A stretch of DNA of 64,000 nucleotides, from contig JBDTND010000001.1 in NCBI GenBank assembly GCA_039933915.1, forward strand, positions 5,090 through 69,089. Direction: 5' to 3'. The notes beneath the pieces were generated by a model. The model saw nothing but the letters and a program-made list of their open reading frames with translations. It searched no databases and had not been told where the DNA came from. A program made the position numbers and the translations under genes. How positions within the stretch are numbered: the first letter of the stretch is position 1; each line of letters opens with the position of its first letter. Below, piece by piece: positions 39,553-48,985 of this stretch. The DNA is from Gemmatimonadales bacterium (GTDB taxonomy: Bacteria; Gemmatimonadota; Gemmatimonadetes; Gemmatimonadales; Gemmatimonadaceae).

Positions 39553-41771
39553 TGCTTCTCCAGACCGCCGTATCCGCAGCTTCAGAAGTTCACCCGCTCT
39601 CAGGGACCCTGGCCGAGTGGGTGTGGCTGCTGCCGGCGTTGCCGCTCGCCGGGTTCGTAATCAACGGATTGCTGTCGCTGAGCGGGGGCCACTTCGGCCC
39701 GCCTGACCCGACCGCTGCCGGACACGATGCGCATTCCGACGGTGTGGCAGACGATTCGGCGATCTCGCATTCCGACAATGCCGGTGCATCCGGAGACGAT
39801 CATCATGAGGTGAAGCGTCATCGCTGGGCCGGCGTCGTCAGCGTCGTCGGCCCTGGCGTCGTCATACTGTCGTTCCTGCTAGCGCTTGGAATCTGGCAGG
39901 CGATGGCCACGGCGCATCCTGAGGCACCATTCATCCAGCGTTGGTTCAGCTGGATGCCCGTAGGCGATCTCCAGATCGATGCCGCGATCCAGCTCGACCA
40001 GCTGTCGATGGTGATGATCCTCGTGGTCACGGGGGTGAGCGCGCTGATCCACGTCTTCAGCGTCGGCTACATGCGAGAGGACCCCGGATATCCGAGGTAC
40101 TTCTCGTACCTCAATCTGTTCGTGTTCTTCATGTTGATGCTGGTGCTGGGCGCGAACTATCCGGTGTTGTTCGTCGGCTGGGAGGGTGTCGGGCTCTGCT
40201 CCTATCTCCTGATCGGCTTCTGGTTCAACGACAAGGCGAACGCGGACGCCGGGAAGAAGGCGTTCATCGTCAACCGCATTGGAGACTTCGGTTTGCTCGT
40301 CGCGATGTTCATGCTGTTCGCGAACATCGGCGTGCTCGATTTCATCGGTGTGAGTGCGAAGGCCGGCGAGCTCGCGACGGGTGGCCCGCTGATAACGGCG
40401 ATCTGTCTTTTCATGTTCCTCGCTTGCACCGGAAAGAGTGCGCAGATCCCGCTCTACATCTGGCTGCCCGATGCCATGGCCGGTCCGGCTCCGGTCTCGG
40501 CCCTGATCCATGCGGCGACGATGGTCACCGCCGGCGTCTATCTCATCGCGCGCAGTGCGGTGCTCTTCTCTCTCTCTCCGGTGGCGTCGCTCACGGTCGC
40601 GGTAGTGGGGGCGGTGACGGCAATCTTCGCCGCCACGATTGGCCTCAAGCAGTGGGACATCAAGAAGGTTCTGGCGTACTCGACGATCTCTCAGCTCGGA
40701 TACATGTTCGTCGGCGTTGGAGTGGGCGCCTATGTGTCCGGGATGTTTCACCTGGTCACTCACGCGTTCTTCAAGGCGATTCTGTTCCTCGCCTCAGGCT
40801 CGGTGATCCACGCGATGCACGCCGCGTATCATCACACCCATAGCGGCGAGGACGCGCAGGACATGCGCAACATGGGCGGGTTGAAGCGGTATCTTCCGGT
40901 CACCTGCGTTCTGATGTGGATCGCGACCCTCGCCATCTCGGGAATTCCCCCGCTGTCGGGATTCTTCTCCAAGGATGAAATCCTGGGATCCGTGTTCGCG
41001 CGCGCGCAGGGCTCAACATTGGCTTCGGCGAGCTGGCTGGGAATTCCGGGCAGCGCGGTTCTCTACATCATCTACGGCGTCGGACTCGCGGCAGCCTTTC
41101 TCACTGCCATCTACATGACGCGCATGATGCTCTACACCTTCCATGGACCCAATCGCACTGGAACGGAAGAAGAGAAGAGTCTTCACGAAGTGCCGTGGAT
41201 GATGACCGGGCCGCTTGTAATCCTTGGGATACTGACGGTGGCGGGTGGCTGGCTCAATTTGCCCGAAGTGATCACCGGCATCCTTCCGATTGGGCCAACG
41301 CAGGTTCTGGAGCACTGGCTCGACCCGGTCGTCGGCGGAGCGACCGCGCGAATCACAGCGGGTGCGTCACACGTTCCGGCCACGACCGAAGAAATGTTGA
41401 TTGGCATCGCGGTAGCGATCGCGGTGGCGGGCATGGTGTTCGCTTTCGTGCGTCTCAAGCCCGCTGGTCTGCCGCGCAAGCGTGACGCGGTTGCTGAGAG
41501 CGGGTTCGAGGGCGTCGTCGCCAACAAGTACTACGTCGATGAAGCCATCGACCGCACCATCGTCACTCCGACTTACGCGATCTCGCGCAACTTCCTCTGG
41601 CGTTTCATCGACACCGGCCTGATTGACGGGCTCCTCGTCAATGGAAGCGCCGCTCTGGCGCGAGGCTTCGGCTGGATGGGATCGAGGCTGCAAACCGGCA
41701 ACGTCGGAATCTACGCCTGGGTTCTGGTGGTTGGAGTTCTCGCGATGCTCGGCGCGCTCACCCTACGGTAA
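39552..41771 (+). CDS. nuoL: NADH-quinone oxidoreductase subunit L
   Basis: GWEGVGLCSY, KAFIVNRIGD, GKSAQIPL, HAATMVTAG, DIKKVLAYST, HAFFKA. Confidence 0.97.
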   Translation: MLLQTAVSAASEVHPLSGTLAEWVWLLPALPLAGFVINGLLSLSGGHFGPPDPTAAGHDAHSDGVADDSAISHSDNAGASGDDHHEVKRHRWAGVVSVVGPGVVILSFLLALGIWQAMATAHPEAPFIQRWFSWMPVGDLQIDAAIQLDQLSMVMILVVTGVSALIHVFSVGYMREDPGYPRYFSYLNLFVFFMLMLVLGANYPVLFVGWEGVGLCSYLLIGFWFNDKANADAGKKAFIVNRIGDFGLLVAMFMLFANIGVLDFIGVSAKAGELATGGPLITAICLFMFLACTGKSAQIPLYIWLPDAMAGPAPVSALIHAATMVTAGVYLIARSAVLFSLSPVASLTVAVVGAVTAIFAATIGLKQWDIKKVLAYSTISQLGYMFVGVGVGAYVSGMFHLVTHAFFKAILFLASGSVIHAMHAAYHHTHSGEDAQDMRNMGGLKRYLPVTCVLMWIATLAISGIPPLSGFFSKDEILGSVFARAQGSTLASASWLGIPGSAVLYIIYGVGLAAAFLTAIYMTRMMLYTFHGPNRTGTEEEKSLHEVPWMMTGPLVILGILTVAGGWLNLPEVITGILPIGPTQVLEHWLDPVVGGATARITAGASHVPATTEEMLIGIAVAIAVAGMVFAFVRLKPAGLPRKRDAVAESGFEGVVANKYYVDEAIDRTIVTPTYAISRNFLWRFIDTGLIDGLLVNGSAALARGFGWMGSRLQTGNVGIYAWVLVVGVLAMLGALTLR

Positions 41772-41780
41772 TCTGATCAA

Positions 41781-43364
41781 ATGACAAGCTTTCTCGATTC
41801 GATCGGTTACAACGACTGGGTGCTGCTCGCGCTGCTTCTGATCCCGCTCGCCGGCGCGGTGGTTCTGATGCTGCTGCCCGTTCGCCTTCCGACGGACCCG
41901 GCTGCCCATGTCGAAACGCCCGCGGCGCGCCAGGCGGCATTCTGGATCTTCATGCTCGAATTCGTCGTCTCGCTCGGTCTCTGGTGGTCGTTCAATCCAT
42001 CGCTCGCTGGCTGGCAGGCGCCTTTCGACATCGGATGGATCCCGACGTGGGGAGTGCGATTCACTCTGGGACTCGACGGGATTGCGCTGATGATGGTGCT
42101 GCTTACGACCTTCATCATGCCTCTTACGGTTCTCGGGAGCTGGACCAGCATCCGCACGAAGACCCGGAGCTACTACGCTCTGCTGCTCATCCTCACGACT
42201 GGAATGCTCGGCGTCTTCCTCGCGCGCGATCTCTTCCTCTTCTATGTCATGTGGGACATGATGCTCATACCGATGTACTTCATCATCGGAATATGGGGCG
42301 GGGAACGACGCATCTACGCGAGCCTCAAGTTCCTTATCTATACGATGCTCCCCGGGCTGCTAATGCTCGTGGCGATCATCTACCTTGGATTGCACGCGCG
42401 AACCGCGGGCGGCACGCCGGACTTCAGCTACGATCGTCTGCTCGCGGTGGGTAGTAGTTTGCCGGAACGCACTACTCTCTGGCTGTTCGCGGCATTTTTC
42501 CTCGCGTTCGCCGTGAAGGTGCCGATGTTCCCGTTTCATACGTGGCTTCCCGATGCGCACGTCGAGGCACCGACAGCCGGCTCAGTGATCCTCGCCGGCA
42601 TCATGCTGAAGATGGGAACGTTCGGATTCCTGAGGTTCGCGCTGCCGCTATTCCCAGGCGCGGCGATGAACCCGACCATCAGGATGATCATTCTGATCCT
42701 GGCGGTGATCGGAATCATCTATGGGGCGCTGGTGGCAATGGTCCAGCCGGACTTCAAGAAGCTGGTGGCGTATTCGTCGGTCAGTCACCTCGGGTTCGTC
42801 ATGCTCGGGATCTTCGCGCTCACGCTTCAGAGCGTGCAGGGCGCGCTGATGGTCATGATCAACCACGGAATATCGACGGGAGCCTTGTTCCTCCTCGTCG
42901 GCATCATCTATGAGCGCAAGCACTCACGCATGATCGACTCCTATGGGGGAATTGCGCGCGTGGTGCCAATGTTCGCCGCAATCCTCACATTTGTCTCGCT
43001 CAGCAGTATTGGGCTTCCCGGCACGAATGGATTCGTCGGAGAATTCCTTGTCCTGCTCGGAGCGTTCCGGACCTATCCTGTTCTGGCGGTCATCTCGACC
43101 ACCGGAGTGATTTTCGCCGCCGCGTACCTCCTCTGGGCGATTCAGCGGATTCTCTTCAATCCGCTCGATAAGCCTGAGAACGCAACGCTGACGGATCTCA
43201 GCAGGCGCGAGCTCGCGCTGATGGCGCCTCTCATCGCGGCGATCATCTGGCTCGGCATCTATCCCGCGCCCGTGCTGCGCCGGATGGAGACTTCGGCCCA
43301 GCAGCTCGTGAATCGTGTCGAAAGCGGATCGAGTGTTTCTCGCGTGACGGAGGCAGGGCGCTGA
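41781..43364 (+). CDS. nuoM: NADH-quinone oxidoreductase subunit M
   Basis: LDG, VKVPMFPFHTWLPDAHVEAPT, LKMG, AYSSVSH, LPGTNGFVGE. Confidence 0.97.
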   Translation: MTSFLDSIGYNDWVLLALLLIPLAGAVVLMLLPVRLPTDPAAHVETPAARQAAFWIFMLEFVVSLGLWWSFNPSLAGWQAPFDIGWIPTWGVRFTLGLDGIALMMVLLTTFIMPLTVLGSWTSIRTKTRSYYALLLILTTGMLGVFLARDLFLFYVMWDMMLIPMYFIIGIWGGERRIYASLKFLIYTMLPGLLMLVAIIYLGLHARTAGGTPDFSYDRLLAVGSSLPERTTLWLFAAFFLAFAVKVPMFPFHTWLPDAHVEAPTAGSVILAGIMLKMGTFGFLRFALPLFPGAAMNPTIRMIILILAVIGIIYGALVAMVQPDFKKLVAYSSVSHLGFVMLGIFALTLQSVQGALMVMINHGISTGALFLLVGIIYERKHSRMIDSYGGIARVVPMFAAILTFVSLSSIGLPGTNGFVGEFLVLLGAFRTYPVLAVISTTGVIFAAAYLLWAIQRILFNPLDKPENATLTDLSRRELALMAPLIAAIIWLGIYPAPVLRRMETSAQQLVNRVESGSSVSRVTEAGR

Positions 43365-44869
43365 TGCAATTCGACCTCAGCATGCCGGCACAGCTTTCAA
43401 GCGCGCTCGGCCCCGATCTGCTTTTGATGGGCGGCGCGATGGTATTGCTCCTCTGGTCCGGATGGCGGCGGGAGAGCGACGCACACCAGCGGAGCGTCGG
43501 AATTCTCAGCATGGCGCTGTGCGTGCTCACGATGATCGCGGTCGGATATTACGCGTACCGCGGGTACACCGCGACCAACGGCGTCATCGCCGTCGATAAT
43601 TTCCGCTGGGCGGCTGACGAGATTTTGCTGATCGCCACGCTCGGCACCATTGCGATGTCGCTCGACTACAACAGGCGCGAAGGAATTACTCCGGGCGAGA
43701 CGCACGTGCTGCTCCTGTTGTCGACGTCGGGAATGATGATGCTCGCCGCGGCCCGCGATCTCATCATCGTCTTCCTCGGCATCGAGATGATGTCGATCGC
43801 GATTTACGTTCTGGTCGGGATGAATCGCCGGCGCGAGCGGTCTGCCGAGGGAGCGATCAAGTACTTCCTGCTCGGGGCATTCTCGACCGCGTTCCTCGTT
43901 TACGGTATTGCGCTCGTATACGGGGCAACCGGTGCGACCAACTTCGAGGCGATCAGGGCGAATATCATCCGCTTCGATCTGGCTCACAGCGGGCTCTTGC
44001 TCGTCGGCATCGCATTGCTGCTCGTGGGCTTCGGGTTCAAGGTCGCGGCTGCGCCGTTCCACATGTGGGCGCCGGACGTCTATGAGGGCGCCCCGACTCC
44101 TGTCACGGCCTACATGGCCGCGGCCGTCAAAGGTGCCGCCTTCGCGGCGTTCTTCAGGCTCTGGCTGGAAGCGTTTCCGACCTTGCTTTCCACCTGGCAT
44201 GAAGCGGTGTGGTGGCTGGCGGCTCTCACCATGATCGTCGGCAATCTCGTCGCTCTCCAACAGAAGAACATCAAGCGTCTCCTCGCGTACTCGAGCATCG
44301 CGCACGCCGGATACATCCTGGTCGCGCTGGTGGTCGGCACGACGCTGGGCAGCTCCGCGTTCATGTTCTACCTGTTCGCCTATACGATGGCTACGCTTGG
44401 CGCGTTCGGTGTGATCGTCGCTCTTGGCTCCTCCGGCGAGGACAACATGAGCGTCGAGGAATACGCCGGACTTTGGAGCGTCAGGCCAGGACTCGCCGTG
44501 GCGATGGCGGTCTTCATGCTGGCCCTCCTCGGTTTTCCGATTTTCGGAGGCATCGGGTTCTTCGCGAAATGGTATGTCCTTCAGGCTGCACTGCAGGCGC
44601 CATTTCCGCAGACCAGGCTTGCCGTGCTTCTCGTGGTGACCAGCCTGGTGAGCGCGGGGTACTATCTCTACGTCGTCATGGTGATGTTCATGAAGCCCCG
44701 AGCGAGCACGGCCGTGTTGCCAGACCGCACTGGCGGCTGGACGCGGATCGTGGTGTGGGGGTCCGCGGCTGTCATACTCATTTTCGGACTTTTCCCTGAC
44801 GCCATCGTCTCCCTCACGCGCCAGGCCACTCCGGCGGTGAGCAGAGAGGTCGCACAGAGATCGCGGTAG
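43364..44869 (+). CDS. nuoN: NADH-quinone oxidoreductase subunit N
   Basis: EGAIKYF, FKVAAAPFHMWAPDVYEGAP, KRLLAYSSIAH, GFFAK. Confidence 0.97.
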   Translation: MQFDLSMPAQLSSALGPDLLLMGGAMVLLLWSGWRRESDAHQRSVGILSMALCVLTMIAVGYYAYRGYTATNGVIAVDNFRWAADEILLIATLGTIAMSLDYNRREGITPGETHVLLLLSTSGMMMLAAARDLIIVFLGIEMMSIAIYVLVGMNRRRERSAEGAIKYFLLGAFSTAFLVYGIALVYGATGATNFEAIRANIIRFDLAHSGLLLVGIALLLVGFGFKVAAAPFHMWAPDVYEGAPTPVTAYMAAAVKGAAFAAFFRLWLEAFPTLLSTWHEAVWWLAALTMIVGNLVALQQKNIKRLLAYSSIAHAGYILVALVVGTTLGSSAFMFYLFAYTMATLGAFGVIVALGSSGEDNMSVEEYAGLWSVRPGLAVAMAVFMLALLGFPIFGGIGFFAKWYVLQAALQAPFPQTRLAVLLVVTSLVSAGYYLYVVMVMFMKPRASTAVLPDRTGGWTRIVVWGSAAVILIFGLFPDAIVSLTRQATPAVSREVAQRSR

Positions 44870-44877
44870 CGATTTCC

Positions 44878-46245
44878 ATGGCACTGTCGCGCGAGATTTT
44901 TCGCGAGTACGACATCCGGGGCATCGCCGGAAAGGATCTCACTGAGGAAGTCGCGTCCGCGGTAGCGGGCGCCTACGCCCAGTTCATGCGCGAGAAAGGC
45001 GTAAAGGGGGCGCTCGCAATCGGACGCGACAACCGTCCAAGCGGCGAGCACCTGCACCGCGCGCTGGTGGCTGGGCTTCTTTCGAGCGGCGTCGACGTGG
45101 TGGACATCGGCATCGTTCCGACACCCCTCGAGTATTGGTCGCAGCACAAGCTCGACGTCGTTGGCGGGATCCAGATCACGGGCTCCCACAACCCGCCCGA
45201 ATACAACGGCTTCAAGCTGGGGCTCGGAACAGGCTCAGTTTATGGCGCCGACATCCAGCACATCTACGAGCTCGCGGTGGCGGGCAAGTTTCCGGCGGGT
45301 AAGGGCACGCTTCGGAAGGAAGACGTCATCGACCGGTACATCGACGACATCGCCGGACGCGTCGGCAAGCTCACGCGCGACCTGAAGGTGGTCATCGATT
45401 GCGGCAATGGTGCGGGCGCACTTGTGGCGCCGAAGCTTTTTCCCAGGCTGGGAATCGAGCCACGGTGCCTCTTCTGCGAGAGCGACGGAACTTTCCCGAA
45501 TCACCATCCGGATCCCACAGTTCCCAAAAACCTCGAGGATCTCATTGCCGCCGTCAAAGAGGATCGAGCCGATGTCGGAATCGCGTTCGACGGCGACGCC
45601 GATCGCATCGGCGTGATCGACAACGCCGGGGAGATCATCTGGGGCGACTACCTTCTCATCATCTATGCGCGCGACGCTCTGGCGCGGACGGGAAAAGGGC
45701 AGTCGATCGTGTTCGACGTAAAGGCCTCGCAGGCGCTTCCGGAGGCCGTCGAGAAGGCTGGCGGAATACCGGTGATGTCGAAGACAGGCCACTCGCTGAT
45801 TGAACGGAAGATGCACGAGACGCACGCTCCGGTCGGTGGAGAGATGTCCGGGCACATGTTCTTCGCGGAAGGATACTATGGCTTCGACGATGCGCTCTAC
45901 GGAGCCGCGCGGCTTCTCCACATCATTGCCGATTCGGGCAAGTCGCTTAGAGATCTGCTGGCGGATGTCCCCCGCTTCGTCTCGACACCCGAGATTCGCG
46001 TCGAGTGTCCCGATGCCATCAAGTTCGGCGTTGTCGAAGAAGCGAAGAAGTACTTCGGGTCGAAGTACGAGGTCCTGACTGTCGACGGCGTGCGTGTTCT
46101 GTTCGGGGATGGGTGGGGCCTGATCCGCGCCTCCAATACTCAGCCGGTTCTGGTTATGCGATTCGAAGCCCGCACAAAGGAGCAGCTCGAGCGGATTCAG
46201 TCCGAAATGCAGGGCTGGCTTCGCGCCAAAGGCGTCAAGGTTTGA
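44878..46245 (+). CDS. Phosphomannomutase/phosphoglucomutase (AlgC-like)
   Basis: IFREYDIRG, ITGSHNP, FDGDADR, GEMSGH, RASNTQP. Confidence 0.95.
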   Translation: MALSREIFREYDIRGIAGKDLTEEVASAVAGAYAQFMREKGVKGALAIGRDNRPSGEHLHRALVAGLLSSGVDVVDIGIVPTPLEYWSQHKLDVVGGIQITGSHNPPEYNGFKLGLGTGSVYGADIQHIYELAVAGKFPAGKGTLRKEDVIDRYIDDIAGRVGKLTRDLKVVIDCGNGAGALVAPKLFPRLGIEPRCLFCESDGTFPNHHPDPTVPKNLEDLIAAVKEDRADVGIAFDGDADRIGVIDNAGEIIWGDYLLIIYARDALARTGKGQSIVFDVKASQALPEAVEKAGGIPVMSKTGHSLIERKMHETHAPVGGEMSGHMFFAEGYYGFDDALYGAARLLHIIADSGKSLRDLLADVPRFVSTPEIRVECPDAIKFGVVEEAKKYFGSKYEVLTVDGVRVLFGDGWGLIRASNTQPVLVMRFEARTKEQLERIQSEMQGWLRAKGVKV

Positions 46246-46249
46246 TGTG

Positions 46250-47989
46250 ATGACCGCTACCCGCAGGCGTCTCCTCATCGGAGTCGTCATCGCGGCTGCA
46301 CTGCTCGTCGGCGGACGCGCGGCGTCCGCTTTCTATGCCGACTACGCGTGGTATGCGGCACTCGGGGCGACGCCTCTGTGGAGCGAGCGCTCGGGAGACA
46401 TCCTGCTCATCTACGGCATCGGGTTCGTCATCGCGGTGCTGGTTGCCTTCCTGAATCTCTCCGTGCTGGGCAGAAGCATTGGTGTGCTGACATTGCCGAG
46501 GCGGCTCGCCAACGTCGAGTTCGGCGAAGCGGTCCCCCGCAAGTACATCGACAGGTTCGCGCTTCTCCTTTCGGTAGGGATCGCCGGGGCGGTGACCCCG
46601 GCACTTCCGTCGTGGACCTCACTCGCCCTCGCGAAGCTCGGCGTCAAGTTCCGGGAAAGCGATCCCTACTACCAGCACGATCTCTCTTTTTACACGACAT
46701 GGCTTCCATTCGAGAAGGCTGTGTACACATGGGCAATGCTGCTTACAGTCGGCGTGTCGATCGTGGTAGTGATTCTCTATTCGCTCACTCCGAGTTTGCG
46801 ATGGGAGCGCGCCGGGCTGCAAATGAGCGCCCGCGTGAGGCGCCACCTCAGCGTGCTCGCTGCTCTGCTGCTGCTGATCACGGTGTGGAGCTACCGCCTG
46901 GAATCGTACGATCTTCTCACTCACGGTAGCGGGGAGCAGGGAGTCTTCTCGTACGTGGATCACCAATGGCTGCTCCCGGGGTTGCTGCTTCTTTCGATTG
47001 CTACTGCCGCTGTAGCGATCACGGTTCTGCTGAGCGGCTGGACCGGCCAGCTCCGTACGAGCTTCGTCGCCGTCACCGCGATCGTCATTCTATCCGCAAC
47101 GATCCAGGAATTCGTCCCGCTGCTCGTCCGCAGGTTCACGCCGCGGGAGATTCAGATGCTGCAGGAGCGGCCCTATATGGCAACTCGCGCTGAATTCACG
47201 CGACGCGCGTATACGGTGAGCCCCACATCGGCTGAAGCGCTTCGCAATTCCGCGGTCTCCGCGGCGCTCGACAGCGTGGTCACCAGCTCGGCTGGCCAGC
47301 AGCTCCTGCGACAGGACTCCCTCGCATATCCGGGCGCCCGGGGACTGGTCGTCGTAACAGATCCACAGCTCGATGTCGCAGGACAACGGCTGGGAGATGG
47401 ACTGACGCGCCTGGCAAACGCGTGGGCGTATCAATCCTTCGATCTGCTCTCAGATTCGGTTCCGCGGCGCGCCAGACTCGTGACCGTGAGAGATGTGCGA
47501 AACAGAGTGCGTGCGCTCGCGCCCGCCTTCGCGCAGGGAAGCAGGATCGAGCCGATGTTTCACGCCGACACTCTCTACTGGAAACTCGAATTGTATTCCG
47601 CTTCATCGGACTACCCCCTCAGCCGGCACTATGTATTCGGCGGAGAGGATCGCAGCTATTTCAGGCATGCCTCGACGGCGCTGGTCAACGCGCGGACGGC
47701 GCGGGTGATGTTTGCGGCAGATGCCTCACCCGATCCGATCGCTCAGGCGTGGATGACAGCCTTTCCAAATTCCGCCGATTACCGGGCGCCTGGAATCGTC
47801 CGAGAGCTGACGACTACTCCCTGGTCTCCCGTTGCACCGGAGCCGTCGCCGGCAGCAGACGATTCAACCTTCAGAGCCGCCGTGACCCGCCTGTACAACC
47901 GCATGCGGGCGGCCCTGGCGGCAGCTGACCTCAAGGCCTTCGGGAACGCATACGACTCGCTTGGCGCCCTCATCTCCCCTTCGCGCTGA
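46250..47989 (+). CDS. UPF0182 family membrane protein, shortened
   Basis: About seven N-terminal TM segments, DPYYQHDLSFY..LP, TRRAY, RDVRNRVRALAP, C-terminal ALAAADLKAFG. Confidence 0.8.
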   Translation: MTATRRRLLIGVVIAAALLVGGRAASAFYADYAWYAALGATPLWSERSGDILLIYGIGFVIAVLVAFLNLSVLGRSIGVLTLPRRLANVEFGEAVPRKYIDRFALLLSVGIAGAVTPALPSWTSLALAKLGVKFRESDPYYQHDLSFYTTWLPFEKAVYTWAMLLTVGVSIVVVILYSLTPSLRWERAGLQMSARVRRHLSVLAALLLLITVWSYRLESYDLLTHGSGEQGVFSYVDHQWLLPGLLLLSIATAAVAITVLLSGWTGQLRTSFVAVTAIVILSATIQEFVPLLVRRFTPREIQMLQERPYMATRAEFTRRAYTVSPTSAEALRNSAVSAALDSVVTSSAGQQLLRQDSLAYPGARGLVVVTDPQLDVAGQRLGDGLTRLANAWAYQSFDLLSDSVPRRARLVTVRDVRNRVRALAPAFAQGSRIEPMFHADTLYWKLELYSASSDYPLSRHYVFGGEDRSYFRHASTALVNARTARVMFAADASPDPIAQAWMTAFPNSADYRAPGIVRELTTTPWSPVAPEPSPAADDSTFRAAVTRLYNRMRAALAAADLKAFGNAYDSLGALISPSR

Positions 47990-48933
47990 TGACGGAAAAA
48001 CGAACCGCGGTAATAGCAGTCGGCGGCAACGCTCTCTCGCCACCGGGAGAGCATTCTACCATCGCCGATCAGTTCCGACACACGCGTGAGAGCCTGGGGC
48101 CGATCGTCGACTTTGCGCTCGAGGGCTGGCGGGTCGTTGTGGTACATGGAAACGGGCCTCAGGTCGGCGACGAGCTCGTCAGAAACGAGAAGGCGCGAAG
48201 CGAGGTGGCCCCCCTTCCACTCGGCGTGCTCGTCGCAGGGACTGCGGGCTGGATCGGCTACATGCTTCAGCAATCGCTCGAGAACGCGTTGCGGAAAGCG
48301 GGTAACTCGAGGGACGTCGTCACGGTGCTCACGCAGGTCGAAGTCGCGTCCGATGATCCGGCCCTCAGGGATCCCAAGAAATTCATCGGTCACGGTCTCT
48401 CCGCCGCTCGCTCTCGTGAGCTGAGGGCGGAAGGGCATCCCGTGAAGAAAGACGCGAAGGGCAATTTGAGACGCGTTGTGGGGAGCCCGAAGCCTCTCGC
48501 AATACACGAGCTTCCCTCGATCCGCGCACTGCTCGAGCGGGACACGGTGGTCATCGCGTGCGGAGGAGGCGGGATTCCGATATACCGCGACGCGGTTCTT
48601 GGATTGGAGGGCGTGGACGCCGTCGTCGACAAGGATCTCGCCGCCGCGGTTCTGGCCAGAGAGCTTGGCGCCGGATTGTTCCTGATTCTCACGGACGTCG
48701 ATGCAGTTTATACTGGGTGGGGCACGGAACAGCAGCGCGCGATCAGCTCGATGAGCGTCGCTGAAGCGGGCCGGCTTGCGAGCGAAGGCGCGTTTGGCGA
48801 GGGAAGCATGGCACCCAAAGTTGCGGCGGCCGCGGACTACGTGCGTCGAACACAGGGGCGTGCCATTATTACTGAGCTCAGCAAGGGAAGGGCGGCAGTG
48901 CAGGGCGTTGGCGGTACTGAAATCATTCCGTAA
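47989..48933 (+). CDS. arcC: Carbamate kinase
   Basis: AVGGNAL, HGNGPQVG, RRVVGSP, CGGGGIP, AVVDKD, LTDVD, GSMAPK. Confidence 0.94.
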   Translation: MTEKRTAVIAVGGNALSPPGEHSTIADQFRHTRESLGPIVDFALEGWRVVVVHGNGPQVGDELVRNEKARSEVAPLPLGVLVAGTAGWIGYMLQQSLENALRKAGNSRDVVTVLTQVEVASDDPALRDPKKFIGHGLSAARSRELRAEGHPVKKDAKGNLRRVVGSPKPLAIHELPSIRALLERDTVVIACGGGGIPIYRDAVLGLEGVDAVVDKDLAAAVLARELGAGLFLILTDVDAVYTGWGTEQQRAISSMSVAEAGRLASEGAFGEGSMAPKVAAAADYVRRTQGRAIITELSKGRAAVQGVGGTEIIP

Positions 48934-48985
48934 CGGCAACTTTCAAATCCGACGATCCGCGTCTACGCACGCGTTTGGAGCAAGA

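Noticed and set aside
43397-44884. Long antisense ORFs (495 aa here; also 27130-28422, 35598-37004, 45235-46290, 47779-48939, 61562-62617)
   Set aside because: They shadow well-conserved genes, which is expected at high GC with biased codon use, and show no recognisable motifs.
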